Sequence record: DRR723986_21860
Strand: one strand, 5' to 3'
Length of the DNA stretch: 47,140 nt
The stretch's first letter is position 1; the number at the start of each line of letters is the position of its first letter. The position numbers and the translations under genes are program-made. The notes below the pieces were generated by a model that was not told the DNA's origin, made no database searches, and was given only the letters and a program-made list of their open reading frames with translations. This document shows positions 30,108 to 39,848 of the stretch, piece after piece.

Positions 30108-32381
30108 TTATTCAGCTTCGTACTGAATAGTAGTTTCATCAACAACTTGAGTTAACTCTGAAGAAACTTCGATTTGATTCGTTGTGTGCTCTTCAGTTGC
30201 ATCTCCGTCATGCCCACCTAAGATTGGAGCAATTACCAATCCAATTAGACAAGTCAACTTAATTAAGATGTTCATTGAAGGTCCTGAAGTATCTTTAAAC
30301 GGATCACCAACTGTATCTCCAGTAACTGCTGCTTTGTGAGCATCAGAACCTTTATAAGTCATTTCTCCGTTAATCTCAACACCCGCTTCAAATGATTTTT
30401 TAGCATTATCCCAAGCACCACCGGCGTTATTTTGGAAGATTGCCCAAAGAACACCTGATACTGTAACACCAGCCATGTATCCTCCTAACATCTCAGCTAC
30501 AAGCTTCGCGTTTTCAGGGTAGATTAATAATCCAGCTAATACGATCACTATAGGGAATCCAATAGTTAAGATTCCTGGTAATAACATTTGTTTTAATGAT
30601 GCCTTAGTAGAAATATCAACACATTTATCATACTCAGGTTTACCAGTTCCTTCCATAATTCCTGGAATTTCTTTGAACTGACGTCTTACCTCATAAACCA
30701 TTTCCATTGCAGCTTTACCTACAGCTTTCATTGCTAACGCAGAGAATACTACCGGTACCATTCCACCAATAAATAACATAGCCAATACAGGAGCTTTAAA
30801 GATGTTAATTCCATTAATTCCCGTGAATGTTACATAAGCAGCAAACAATGCTAACGCAGTTAACGCAGCAGAAGCAATAGCAAATCCTTTTCCAGTTGCC
30901 GCAGTTGTGTTACCAACTGAATCTAAGATATCTGTTCTCTCACGAACCTCATCAGGTAATTCACTCATTTCAGCAATACCACCAGCGTTGTCAGCAATTG
31001 GTCCGAAAGCGTCAATTGCTAATTGCATAGCAGTGGTTGCCATCATTGCAGAAGCAGCCATTGCAACACCGTAGAATCCAGCGAAGGCATAAGATGCCCA
31101 AATAGCAATAGCAAATAATAAAACTGATGAGAAGGTAGATATCATTCCTGTCGCTAAACCGGCAATGATGTTTGTACCTGCTCCAGTACTTGATTGTTGT
31201 ACAATATTTAAAATCGGTTTTTTACCTAAACCAGTATAATACTCAGTAAATGATGAAATTGCTCCACCAACAACTAATCCAACCAAACAAGCATAAAATA
31301 CGCTCATTGAGGTTACATCCTGCAAACCTTCACCAAAGTAGTTCATTTGCATTGTTTCAGGCAACATATAAATACACAATCCGAAACAAGCAACTCCTAC
31401 TAAAGCAATCGATACCCAGTTTCCAATGTTTAACGCTTTTTGAACTTGAGCTTCTTTTGCATCATTGGATGCTATTCTTACTAAGAAAGTTCCAATGATA
31501 GAAATAATGATTCCTACACCAGCGATAGCCATTGGTAATAAGATTGGTCCAATTCCGCCAAAAGCATCTGAAATAGCACCACCCATATCCTTAATGATGT
31601 AGTTACCCAATACCATTGCAGCTAATACGGTTGCAACATAAGATCCAAATAAATCGGCTCCCATTCCCGCAACATCACCTACATTATCACCAACGTTATC
31701 AGCAATAGTAGCAGGGTTTCTTGGATCATCTTCAGGAATTCCAGCCTCAACCTTTCCAACTAAATCTGCTCCAACGTCTGCTGCTTTTGTATAAATACCT
31801 CCACCAACTCTCGCAAATAACGCGATTGATTCAGCACCTAATGAAAATCCAGCTAAAGTTTCAAGAACTAAAGTCATGTCGTCTGTAGAAGTCCATTGTC
31901 CTCCCATAAATAATTGAAAGAAAATGATGAAGAAGGCTGTTAAACCTAATACCGCTAATCCAGCAACTCCTAGTCCCATTACAGTTCCACCTCCAAAAGA
32001 GATGTTTAAAGCTTTAGGTAGAGATGTTCTTGCCGCTTGTGTAGTTCTAACGTTTGTTTTAGTTGCAATTCTCATCCCGATATTTCCTGCAACTGCAGAG
32101 AATATTGCTCCGATAACGAAAGCAAGAATAATTAAATAACTTGTAGTTTCTACAATACTCGCTACACCTGCAAGTACTAAACTAGCTCCAATTACGAAAA
32201 AGGTAAGTAATTTATATTCAGCTTTTAAGAAAGCCAAAGCACCCTCGTAAATGTGATCTGAAATTTCTTTCATCTTTCCATCTCCAGCGTCTTGCTTCAT
32301 TACTGATCCTCTTTTTACAAGCATGTATAAAAGACCTACAACTGCTAGGACGATTGGTAAGTAAATCATGAATTCTCCCAT
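30108..32381 (-). CDS. hppA: Membrane-bound ion-translocating pyrophosphatase, K+-dependent type
   Basis: GGGIYTKAADVGADLVGKVE, DNVGDNVGD, GNTTAA (Ala form), GDTVGDPFKDTSGP. Start set at ATG 32381, consistent with the promoter position. Confidence 0.95.
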   Translation of the reverse strand: MGEFMIYLPIVLAVVGLLYMLVKRGSVMKQDAGDGKMKEISDHIYEGALAFLKAEYKLLTFFVIGASLVLAGVASIVETTSYLIILAFVIGAIFSAVAGNIGMRIATKTNVRTTQAARTSLPKALNISFGGGTVMGLGVAGLAVLGLTAFFIIFFQLFMGGQWTSTDDMTLVLETLAGFSLGAESIALFARVGGGIYTKAADVGADLVGKVEAGIPEDDPRNPATIADNVGDNVGDVAGMGADLFGSYVATVLAAMVLGNYIIKDMGGAISDAFGGIGPILLPMAIAGVGIIISIIGTFLVRIASNDAKEAQVQKALNIGNWVSIALVGVACFGLCIYMLPETMQMNYFGEGLQDVTSMSVFYACLVGLVVGGAISSFTEYYTGLGKKPILNIVQQSSTGAGTNIIAGLATGMISTFSSVLLFAIAIWASYAFAGFYGVAMAASAMMATTAMQLAIDAFGPIADNAGGIAEMSELPDEVRERTDILDSVGNTTAATGKGFAIASAALTALALFAAYVTFTGINGINIFKAPVLAMLFIGGMVPVVFSALAMKAVGKAAMEMVYEVRRQFKEIPGIMEGTGKPEYDKCVDISTKASLKQMLLPGILTIGFPIVIVLAGLLIYPENAKLVAEMLGGYMAGVTVSGVLWAIFQNNAGGAWDNAKKSFEAGVEINGEMTYKGSDAHKAAVTGDTVGDPFKDTSGPSMNILIKLTCLIGLVIAPILGGHDGDATEEHTTNQIEVSSELTQVVDETTIQYEAE

Positions 32382-32405
32382 TGTGTGTTTTTTAATTTTA
32401 GAGGG

Positions 32406-32437
32406 CAAAAGTAGATGTTTAAATTTGATTGTCCAAA
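32406..32437 (-). promoter_or_regulatory. Full sigma70 promoter TTTG-N20-TACTTTTG for hppA
   Basis: caaaagta at 32406-32413 and caaa at 32434-32437 as read on the + strand. Confidence 0.7.
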
Positions 32438-32599
32438 TTTGTTTGAATTTAGATGATAAAAGCTCTGTAAATCAGGGAAGGTAGGCCTTTCAATTATGCA
32501 GGCATAATTAATGGCAAAATAGTTGCCTAAATACTCAACCTTTTCAAATAATCAACGTTTAAAAGGTTATAAAATGGGCATTTTGAATATTTTTTTAAC

Positions 32600-32607
32600 T
32601 ATTTTTG
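32600..32607 (+). promoter_or_regulatory. Sigma70 -7 element (TATTTTTG)
   Basis: Matches TAnnTTTG, 27 nt before ATG 32635. Confidence 0.55.
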
Positions 32608-32634
32608 TGAAGCCCATCCTGAAAATACATTAGA

Positions 32635-35112
32635 ATGAAAAAACAATTACTCTTTTCTGCCCTCGCTATTTTATTTAGTTGTGCTGCGTTTTCGCAGACG
32701 GTGTTATGGACTGAAGATTTTGGTACTTCTCCAGCAAATACATTAGCTAACGGATTAGTAACTGCTAACGGGGCCTGGACAGTAACGAATACTGGTGCTA
32801 ACGGTGCTGATGCAAATGTTTGGTACGTGAGTGGTGAAGAATGTGGAAACGCTGCTGGGGCTTGTGGCTCGGTTTGTTCTGGAGGTGACGCTTCATTGCA
32901 CCTAAGTTCATCACCAACATTAGCGGGAGATGCAGGAGCAGCTTATGCTGCCGGAGGATTAGGTTTTTTCTTTGTTGAAACTGACAAGAGAGTTGAGTCA
33001 CCTGTGATCGATTTAACAGGTCAAACTGGAATGACATTAACTTTTAATTATTTGGAAGATTACACGGGACAAGGAGGTTATGATCCAGGAGATGATGCCA
33101 CATTATGGTATTTTGATGGTGCAGTTTGGGCACAAATCGATCCATTAAATGTTACTCCTGCAGGTTGTGCGCCTCAAGGGACATGGACGGCATTTTCTAT
33201 AGCTTTACCGGCAAGTGCCAATAATAATGCAAATGTTCGAATAGGTTTTCATTGGTTTAATAATGATGACAATGTAGGAACAGATCCCTCTTTTGCCGTA
33301 GATGATATTCAAATTACAATTCCAACGGCTGGAGCTATTAATGCAGATTTCAATACACCGATCACAACCATTTGTGAAGGTGACTGCATTGATTTCACAG
33401 ATGCAACAACTGGTCAAGGAGCAAATCCTACTTGGAACTGGACCTTTACTGGTGCAGCTACAGCAACATCTTCAGTTCAAAATCCTACCGGTATTTGCTA
33501 CAACACGGCTGGAACATATGATGTGGCATTAACTTCAGGTGATGATACGAACCCTGATGATACCGAAACGAAAGTCGGATACATTACTGTAGTTGCTGCT
33601 CCTAATGCGGGTGTAAGTCAGGCTGCAAACATTTGTAATAATAATACCATGGACTTGAACACCATGATACCTGGAGCAGATCCCGGAACTTGGATGGAAA
33701 CTTCTGGAACACCAAGTGGACAGTTTACAGCTGGTACTGGTGTGTTGGATGGGAATGGATTGCCTGTTGGAAATGTTTACACCTTTGATTATACAGTAAC
33801 GGGAACCGCACCTTGTGCTGATGCAGTAGCTACAATGACAATTACAGTAATTGATTGTTCGGCCGGAGCACCTCCAACAGCTGATTTCTCAACACCATTG
33901 ACACAGATTTGTAGAGGTGATTGTATTGATTTCACGGATTTAAGTGTAGTAGGAACCAACCCAGTATGGTCGTGGACATTTACAGGTGCGGCTACGACAA
34001 CTTCTAACGTTCAAAATCCAACTGGAATTTGCTACAATGTTGCTGGAATTTATGATGTTTCTTTAAGTGTAACAGATGATAACGGAAATGATGTTGAAAC
34101 TAAAATAGGTTATATTGAAGTATTGGATGCTCCAGTTGTTACGGCAACCGCTGCTCCTAATGATACAATATGCGAAGGTGATCAAATCACTTTAACTGGT
34201 GGAGGAGCTACTAATTACGTTTGGGATAACGGAGTTACAGATGGTGTGGCATTTACGCCACCTTTAGGTAATACTACTTATACAGTAACGGGTGATGATG
34301 GATCTGCTTGTACAGCTCAGGCAACAGTTGATGTGGTAGTCCAAAATTGTGCTCCATTGGTAGCTGGATTCTCTTATCCTGATAATATTTGTTCTGGTCA
34401 ATGCATTACGTTAACAGACACTTCATCTGGAAATATTACAGATTGGGCCTGGGATTTCGGTGGTGGAGCTGTACCAAACACTTCAACAGATCAGGATCCC
34501 GAAGTTTGTTTCTTAACTGCTGGTGTTTATGACATCCAATTAACATTGACGGATTTAGCAGGGGATAACGCATCTGTTGTGAATCAAATTACTGTAGTAG
34601 ACGGACCAAGTATCACTGCTTTAAGAGATACTATAATTGAATTAGGTGGTCAAGCAGATTTAATTGCATTGTCTCCTACCCCTGGGGCTTACTTATGGAC
34701 TCCAGATGATAATATTGATTGTGATACTTGTTCTACTACTTGGGCAGATCCTTGGCAAGATCAACAGTACATTGTGACAATAACAGATGTTAATGGCTGC
34801 AGTGCGGAAGATACTGTTGATGTTTATGTGAATTTTATTGTCGCAATTGACGTTCCAACTGCATTCTCACCAAATGGTGATGGTAATAATGATGTGCTAT
34901 ATGTAAAAGGATTCGGAATTAATGGATTGACCTTCTCTATCTATAATAGATATGGAGAAAAGGTATTTGAAACATTAGATCAGAAAATTGGTTGGGATGG
35001 AACTTATCTAGGAAAAGATGAAAACTCTGGAGTATTCACTTGGGTACTAGAGTATAATCTAGTCAATGGTGGTTCAGGTAGAAGAAGTGGAAATACAACC
35101 TTGGTACGCTAA
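32635..35112 (+). CDS. T9SS type-B CTD protein with three PKD domains
   Basis: Signal peptide; three ADF...IC.G.CI.FTD...W.W.F.G...S..QNP..ICY..AG.YDV.L-type repeats; C-terminal VPTAFSPNGDGNND...IYNRYGE...WDG...GNTTLVR. Confidence 0.9.
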   Translation: MKKQLLFSALAILFSCAAFSQTVLWTEDFGTSPANTLANGLVTANGAWTVTNTGANGADANVWYVSGEECGNAAGACGSVCSGGDASLHLSSSPTLAGDAGAAYAAGGLGFFFVETDKRVESPVIDLTGQTGMTLTFNYLEDYTGQGGYDPGDDATLWYFDGAVWAQIDPLNVTPAGCAPQGTWTAFSIALPASANNNANVRIGFHWFNNDDNVGTDPSFAVDDIQITIPTAGAINADFNTPITTICEGDCIDFTDATTGQGANPTWNWTFTGAATATSSVQNPTGICYNTAGTYDVALTSGDDTNPDDTETKVGYITVVAAPNAGVSQAANICNNNTMDLNTMIPGADPGTWMETSGTPSGQFTAGTGVLDGNGLPVGNVYTFDYTVTGTAPCADAVATMTITVIDCSAGAPPTADFSTPLTQICRGDCIDFTDLSVVGTNPVWSWTFTGAATTTSNVQNPTGICYNVAGIYDVSLSVTDDNGNDVETKIGYIEVLDAPVVTATAAPNDTICEGDQITLTGGGATNYVWDNGVTDGVAFTPPLGNTTYTVTGDDGSACTAQATVDVVVQNCAPLVAGFSYPDNICSGQCITLTDTSSGNITDWAWDFGGGAVPNTSTDQDPEVCFLTAGVYDIQLTLTDLAGDNASVVNQITVVDGPSITALRDTIIELGGQADLIALSPTPGAYLWTPDDNIDCDTCSTTWADPWQDQQYIVTITDVNGCSAEDTVDVYVNFIVAIDVPTAFSPNGDGNNDVLYVKGFGINGLTFSIYNRYGEKVFETLDQKIGWDGTYLGKDENSGVFTWVLEYNLVNGGSGRRSGNTTLVR

Positions 35113-35140
35113 CCCCTTAGCCTGACCAAAAATAAAAAGA

Positions 35141-36157
35141 ATGAAAAAAGTACAATTACTCATACTTTCAATAGGAATTGCCTGCGGTGTAAATGCGCAA
35201 CAGGATAAGCATTTTTCAATGTTTGCTGAGTCTCCTGTGTATATTAATCCCGCAACTGCTGGGTTTGCTCCAGGAGCACTTCAGTTATTTACGAATTTTA
35301 GAATGCAATGGCTGACAGCTTCGGACAATCCATACCGTACAATTTCTGCATCCGCCGATTGGAGAATGTTTGATAATGGCAACTTTATGGGAGCCGGTAT
35401 TAACTTCTATAATGATTTAGCTGGAGATGGACAATACTCGATTAATGAGGTAACGATTCCAATTAACTATGCTATTCAAGTTGGTAAAGATGGACATATC
35501 GCGCTAGGCTTGCAGCCAGGGTGGTATTCAAGAACGTTGTTAAGCTCCGATTTGTTATGGGATAACCAATGGACTGGGGTAGCATTTGATCAAAATATTG
35601 CAAGCAACGAAGCTATTTTTGGTCAGAATTTGACCTTAAATAAATTCGATATCTCTGCTGGTTTTCATTATCATGCCTACTTGAACAAACGTATGAAAAT
35701 TAGTTTAGGTTTGGCAGGTCATCATCTTACGAAGCAAAGAATAAACTTCTTCGGAGAAGATGATAAGTTATTCAGAAAACTATCACTTCATGGTCAGTTT
35801 GATTACAAGCAAGATAATTCTAACCTAACGATTTCCCCAGCGATTTACGGGTTCCTGCAAGGACCAAATAAATCTTTAACAATAGGTTCAAACTTTAAGT
35901 ATTTACTAAGACAAGCATCAATTCATACGGGATATTTTAATGAAATTACAGCCTCGCTTGGTGCTTACTACAGATTCGGAGATGCTTTGATCTTCAACAT
36001 GATTTTTGATATTTCAGGTATTGCGATAGGAGCAGCTTATGACCTGAACGTTTCAAGCTTAAATGCAGCAACTAATGGCGTTGGTGGATTTGAAGTGTTC
36101 TTAAGATACCGAATGAACTTCGGAGGAAGAAGCTTGGCAAATCCATCTATTCATTAA
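35141..36157 (+). CDS. PorP/SprF family T9SS outer-membrane protein
   Basis: QQDKHFSMF...INPATAG, R.QW, ND.AG, GAYYR..DA, AYDLN.S.L...GGFEV; directly follows a type-B CTD gene. Confidence 0.9.
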   Translation: MKKVQLLILSIGIACGVNAQQDKHFSMFAESPVYINPATAGFAPGALQLFTNFRMQWLTASDNPYRTISASADWRMFDNGNFMGAGINFYNDLAGDGQYSINEVTIPINYAIQVGKDGHIALGLQPGWYSRTLLSSDLLWDNQWTGVAFDQNIASNEAIFGQNLTLNKFDISAGFHYHAYLNKRMKISLGLAGHHLTKQRINFFGEDDKLFRKLSLHGQFDYKQDNSNLTISPAIYGFLQGPNKSLTIGSNFKYLLRQASIHTGYFNEITASLGAYYRFGDALIFNMIFDISGIAIGAAYDLNVSSLNAATNGVGGFEVFLRYRMNFGGRSLANPSIH

Positions 36158-36174
36158 TTGAAATAAAATTTTGG

Positions 36175-36211
36175 AAAATCCCGTATTGGCTATGTCGATA
36201 CGGGATTTTTT
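36175..36211 (+). terminator. Intrinsic terminator
   Basis: aaaatcccgtattggc-tat-gtcgatacgggatttttt (with G-U pairs). Confidence 0.85.
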
Positions 36212-36222
36212 ATTTAAAGCCC

Positions 36223-36230
36223 TATCTTTG
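36223..36230 (+). promoter_or_regulatory. Sigma70 -7 element (TATCTTTG) for dusB
   Basis: Matches TAnnTTTG, 10 nt before the ATG. Confidence 0.65.
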
Positions 36231-36240
36231 CACCAAATTT

Positions 36241-37242
36241 ATGGGAGTTAAAATCAGAGATATAGATTTGGGAGATTTCCCTTTGTTGCTTGCCCCAATG
36301 GAAGATGTGAGTGACCCGCCTTTCAGAGCCTTGTGTAAGCGCTACGGTGCTGACATGATGTATACTGAATTTATCTCTTCTGAAGGATTAATTAGGGACG
36401 CGGCTAAATCGGTCATGAAGCTGGATATCTACGAGTATGAGCGACCAATCGGAATCCAAATTTTTGGCAATAACATTGAAAGTATGCGGCAAACAACAGA
36501 AATTGTTGAACGCACCAACCCAGATGTGATCGATATCAATTATGGCTGCCCTGTAAAAAAAGTTGCCTGTAAAGGTGCAGGAGCAGGGATTTTGCAAGAT
36601 ATTCCCAAAATGGTTGAAATGACCAAGGAGATTGTAAACACCACAAAACTCCCCGTAACCGTTAAAACAAGATTAGGTTGGGATGACAATACTAAATACA
36701 TTGTTGATGCGGCAGAACGACTTCAGGATATCGGAATAGAAGCAATTGCTATTCATGGTAGAACCAGAAAACAAATGTATAAAGGTGATGCAGATTGGAG
36801 CTTAATAGCTGAGGTCAAGAATAATCCAAGAATGAAAATTCCTGTTTTTGGAAATGGAGATATCAATTCACCAGAAAAAGCGGTAGAATATAAAAATAGA
36901 TTTGGAGTTGATGGTGTGATGATTGGAAGAGCAGCTATAGGTAATCCGTGGTTTTTTAATGAGGTGAAGCAATTCATTAAGGATGGTACACATAAGGCAC
37001 CTCCAACAATTTCTGAACGAGTGGCAGTGACCAAAGAACATTTGGATATGTCGGTTGAATGGAAAGGGGAAATTTTAGGAATCAATGAAATGAAACGGCA
37101 TTATTCTAATTATTTTAGAGGAATCGCCAATTTCAAGCCCTTTAGAACCAAGTTGGTAACATCTATGGATTTGCAAGAAGTGTACGATACGCTTGCTGAG
37201 GTAGATGAAAAATTCAAGAGCGGTTATTTTTCTGAAGACTGA
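36241..37242 (+). CDS. dusB: tRNA-dihydrouridine synthase
   Basis: LAPME, YTEFIS, DINYGCP, PVTVKTRLG, HGRTR, GNGDI, MIGRAAIGNPW. Confidence 0.93.
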   Translation: MGVKIRDIDLGDFPLLLAPMEDVSDPPFRALCKRYGADMMYTEFISSEGLIRDAAKSVMKLDIYEYERPIGIQIFGNNIESMRQTTEIVERTNPDVIDINYGCPVKKVACKGAGAGILQDIPKMVEMTKEIVNTTKLPVTVKTRLGWDDNTKYIVDAAERLQDIGIEAIAIHGRTRKQMYKGDADWSLIAEVKNNPRMKIPVFGNGDINSPEKAVEYKNRFGVDGVMIGRAAIGNPWFFNEVKQFIKDGTHKAPPTISERVAVTKEHLDMSVEWKGEILGINEMKRHYSNYFRGIANFKPFRTKLVTSMDLQEVYDTLAEVDEKFKSGYFSED

Positions 37243-37283
37243 ACCTCTTGATAAAATGGTTGTACAGGGATAAAAACACAATC

Positions 37284-37721
37284 ATGAAAAATATTTTCAC
37301 CCTTCTATTTATTACAATTACAAGTTTCTCATTTACTCAAAGCAGAGATGCAGTTGATTATGAACGAATAGAGTTAGCTGGCTTGACTTATAAATCTACT
37401 TACAACGTATTTTCAGAAGAGGATAGAAACCAATATATTTTGGAGGATTTTGTGAAGTTAAAATCGGGATATTCTTGGGGGAATTTTATAAGCTTTACAG
37501 AAAAATCTTTTCATACCTATTACAGCGCACCATGTGGTAATGATTGTTTTACTTCAGTGGATGGCACGTACAAGTTTGTAGGGGAAAATCGCATTCAAGT
37601 ATTCGTAGAAACAATTAATAGAAGTGGGTTTTGCCAATTAAAATCTGAGGAGCCGCAAAAAAGTTTTGGAATCTATGAAATCAAACTAACTAAATCAGGA
37701 TTGACTTTAACCAAAGAGTAG
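37284..37721 (+). CDS. Hypothetical exported protein
   Basis: Start reassigned to ATG 37284 (MKNIFTLLF signal peptide); YSAPCGNDCF motif. Confidence 0.7.
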   Translation: MKNIFTLLFITITSFSFTQSRDAVDYERIELAGLTYKSTYNVFSEEDRNQYILEDFVKLKSGYSWGNFISFTEKSFHTYYSAPCGNDCFTSVDGTYKFVGENRIQVFVETINRSGFCQLKSEEPQKSFGIYEIKLTKSGLTLTKE

Positions 37722-38633
37722 TTAAAAATAAAAAGGCCTAAAGCCTAATTTCCCCTGAGAAAGTTCTAAAGCTGGAAACGGGATTTTGATAAAATTTAGT
37801 CCTCTAAACACCAACTTTAAAAAGCGAGATTTTGTTGGTATGGCTTCAAAATTAATGTCGAGAGATAAAAAATACTGGCGGTAAGGTGTAAAGGAGGTGC
37901 TGTTCATTCCGTCCGTGTACACGAACGTTCCACCATCACCAATTAATTGATTATTCGTACTGTATCCTAGAGACAAATTTATCCATTCCGGTACTTTAGA
38001 TTCTTTTTTAAACCAGTAAATAGGATTGAAACTCATCCAATACGTTTGGCCATTGTAATCTTTCAATAATCTAGAAGTGAAATCTGAACCCAAAACTTCT
38101 GGTCGATATTGTGTCAATTTTGAATCGTGAAAAGAGAATTTGAAATGAGCGTATTGTTTATCCCACAAATATTCTTGAGCAAAATAGGTTCCTGCTCCAA
38201 TTGTGTTGAAGGCAACGTCAGACCAAGAAAATCCCCATTTGACATTCGTAGCATCTAGTAATTCGAAAGTTGTCATATATCCGAAACTGTAAGCTGCGCC
38301 AATAATTGCTGATTTCTTATGATCTAATCCGGACCATTCAAATAAGTCACCAACTGACCTCCCAAATTGCCAAGAAGTATACATGTGGCCCAGCTTATCC
38401 ATTTGGTTCCACTCACGGCTGTCATCAAAAGTGTGGAATTTACTTTTTTCAAAATCTTTGTACCAAACAAAATGTAGGGCGGATATTGATCCTGCCCAGG
38501 CTAATCCGCCGGTAATACTTACAGCAATTAACCTTTTTTTATTTAGGCTGTCGGCAGGTTCTAGGAACTTTTGTCCCTTTGACTGAAAAGCCAAAAGAAA
38601 AACTAGAATTAGCGAGCCGAGCAAATTTTTCAC
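37722..38633 (-). CDS. DUF2279 (YfiM-like) domain protein
   Basis: WY....SKFH.FDD..EW.QMDKLGH, WGFSWSD, LKDYNGQTYW.S, YRQYFLSLD; GTG start. Confidence 0.85.
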   Translation of the reverse strand: MKNLLGSLILVFLLAFQSKGQKFLEPADSLNKKRLIAVSITGGLAWAGSISALHFVWYKDFEKSKFHTFDDSREWNQMDKLGHMYTSWQFGRSVGDLFEWSGLDHKKSAIIGAAYSFGYMTTFELLDATNVKWGFSWSDVAFNTIGAGTYFAQEYLWDKQYAHFKFSFHDSKLTQYRPEVLGSDFTSRLLKDYNGQTYWMSFNPIYWFKKESKVPEWINLSLGYSTNNQLIGDGGTFVYTDGMNSTSFTPYRQYFLSLDINFEAIPTKSRFLKLVFRGLNFIKIPFPALELSQGKLGFRPFYF

Positions 38634-38678
38634 TTAGCTAAATTACTGTTAATTCATTAGAATCGGTAATTTAGGCTT

Positions 38679-38984
38679 ATGTCAAAAAAATCAACCATTG
38701 TTCTTTGTGCTATGTTTATTCTAGCGGCCTGCGGAACTTCTAAAGAAACTGCTGTTGCACCAAAAGATTATGAAGCAGTTGCTGCTGAAAAGGGTTGCGA
38801 CTGTGTCAGTAATGCAGGGAAATCATTGATTGAAGTAGGAGACAGTTGTCTTGCTAACGGCATGGTTGAAGCCAGCAAAGAAATCCACGGGGACGAAAAC
38901 GTTATGCCGTACAATGGACTTACAGATATGCAAGAAGGAATAAAAATAATTCAATCTAAAATGATCGAAAGCTGCAATAATTAG
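38679..38984 (+). CDS. Small Cys-rich lipoprotein
   Basis: Lipobox LAAC; mature part has CDC...C...C. Confidence 0.7.
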   Translation: MSKKSTIVLCAMFILAACGTSKETAVAPKDYEAVAAEKGCDCVSNAGKSLIEVGDSCLANGMVEASKEIHGDENVMPYNGLTDMQEGIKIIQSKMIESCNN

Positions 38985-39802
38985 TTGATAACTAGTTTGC
39001 GAACAATATTTTTGCTCAGAGAATTGAAATGGATGAAGTAAGATCCAGCATGGAAAGATGAAACATCAATGGAATTTTCGTTGATGTTTACTTCCTTGAT
39101 TTTTCTACTCGAATTATCATAGATATTGATTGAAATAAGATCATTTCTAAACTTAGGCATGAGATCGATATTGACAATTTTGCTAGTTGGGTTAGGATAA
39201 ATCGCAATATCATCAGCAAAATCAATATCGTTGATTGAAGCATTACTGAATGAGGTCACAAATAAGTTGTCAAATTTAACATCCAACCAATTGTTTGTTG
39301 TGTAGTATCTGAATGCCAAGTACGAATTTCCAGCATGAGTCCCAACAGGAATCATCAATTCTTCATACCATGTATTGTCAGGGTTATAAGTTGAGTCAGA
39401 AAAGCTGTACAAAACGGTTTTAGTTGCTAAATCTGGGTCTGATGATCCGTTCAACAAATACAGCATAATGGTATCTCCTGCCATTGGAGTTCCAAAGCCG
39501 TTATAGTTATGCCATAAGGTGTCAATCCACCCGCCAGCACTAAAATCAAAAACCGGTGAAACGTACCAATCATCTGTCGCAACAGATCCACCAACTGGAT
39601 AGTAATGTGCTAAACATGAGTCTGGGCTAACAGAAGTTGAGCCATCTTTTACCCATTCATAAAATCCTGTGTCGCCTTTTTTAATTTGTGTCCATCCTGC
39701 TGATTCTGAGGTATTATCCCAACCCGTATAATACGTGGTTTGGGCGAATGAAGTTTGAACAAGAATAAGAGCTGTAATAAGGAGGAAGGTAGATTTTAAC
39801 AT
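38981..39802 (-). CDS. Small T9SS type-A CTD protein with one beta-sandwich (cleaved-adhesin/choice-of-anchor-J-like) domain
   Basis: Signal peptide from ATG 39802; DDWYVSP...YLAFRY...FDN; CTD IYPNP...GSYFI...KLVIN. Confidence 0.8.
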   Translation of the reverse strand: MLKSTFLLITALILVQTSFAQTTYYTGWDNTSESAGWTQIKKGDTGFYEWVKDGSTSVSPDSCLAHYYPVGGSVATDDWYVSPVFDFSAGGWIDTLWHNYNGFGTPMAGDTIMLYLLNGSSDPDLATKTVLYSFSDSTYNPDNTWYEELMIPVGTHAGNSYLAFRYYTTNNWLDVKFDNLFVTSFSNASINDIDFADDIAIYPNPTSKIVNIDLMPKFRNDLISINIYDNSSRKIKEVNINENSIDVSSFHAGSYFIHFNSLSKNIVRKLVIN

Positions 39803-39848
39803 AACATCATTTTCTTTCAATGATGCGGTTTGCTTTAAAAAGGTTGCA

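Noticed and set aside
33340-34120. Internal repeats in the 32635 gene as a diversity-generating template/variable pair
   Set aside because: They are in-frame PKD domain duplications, and no reverse transcriptase is present.
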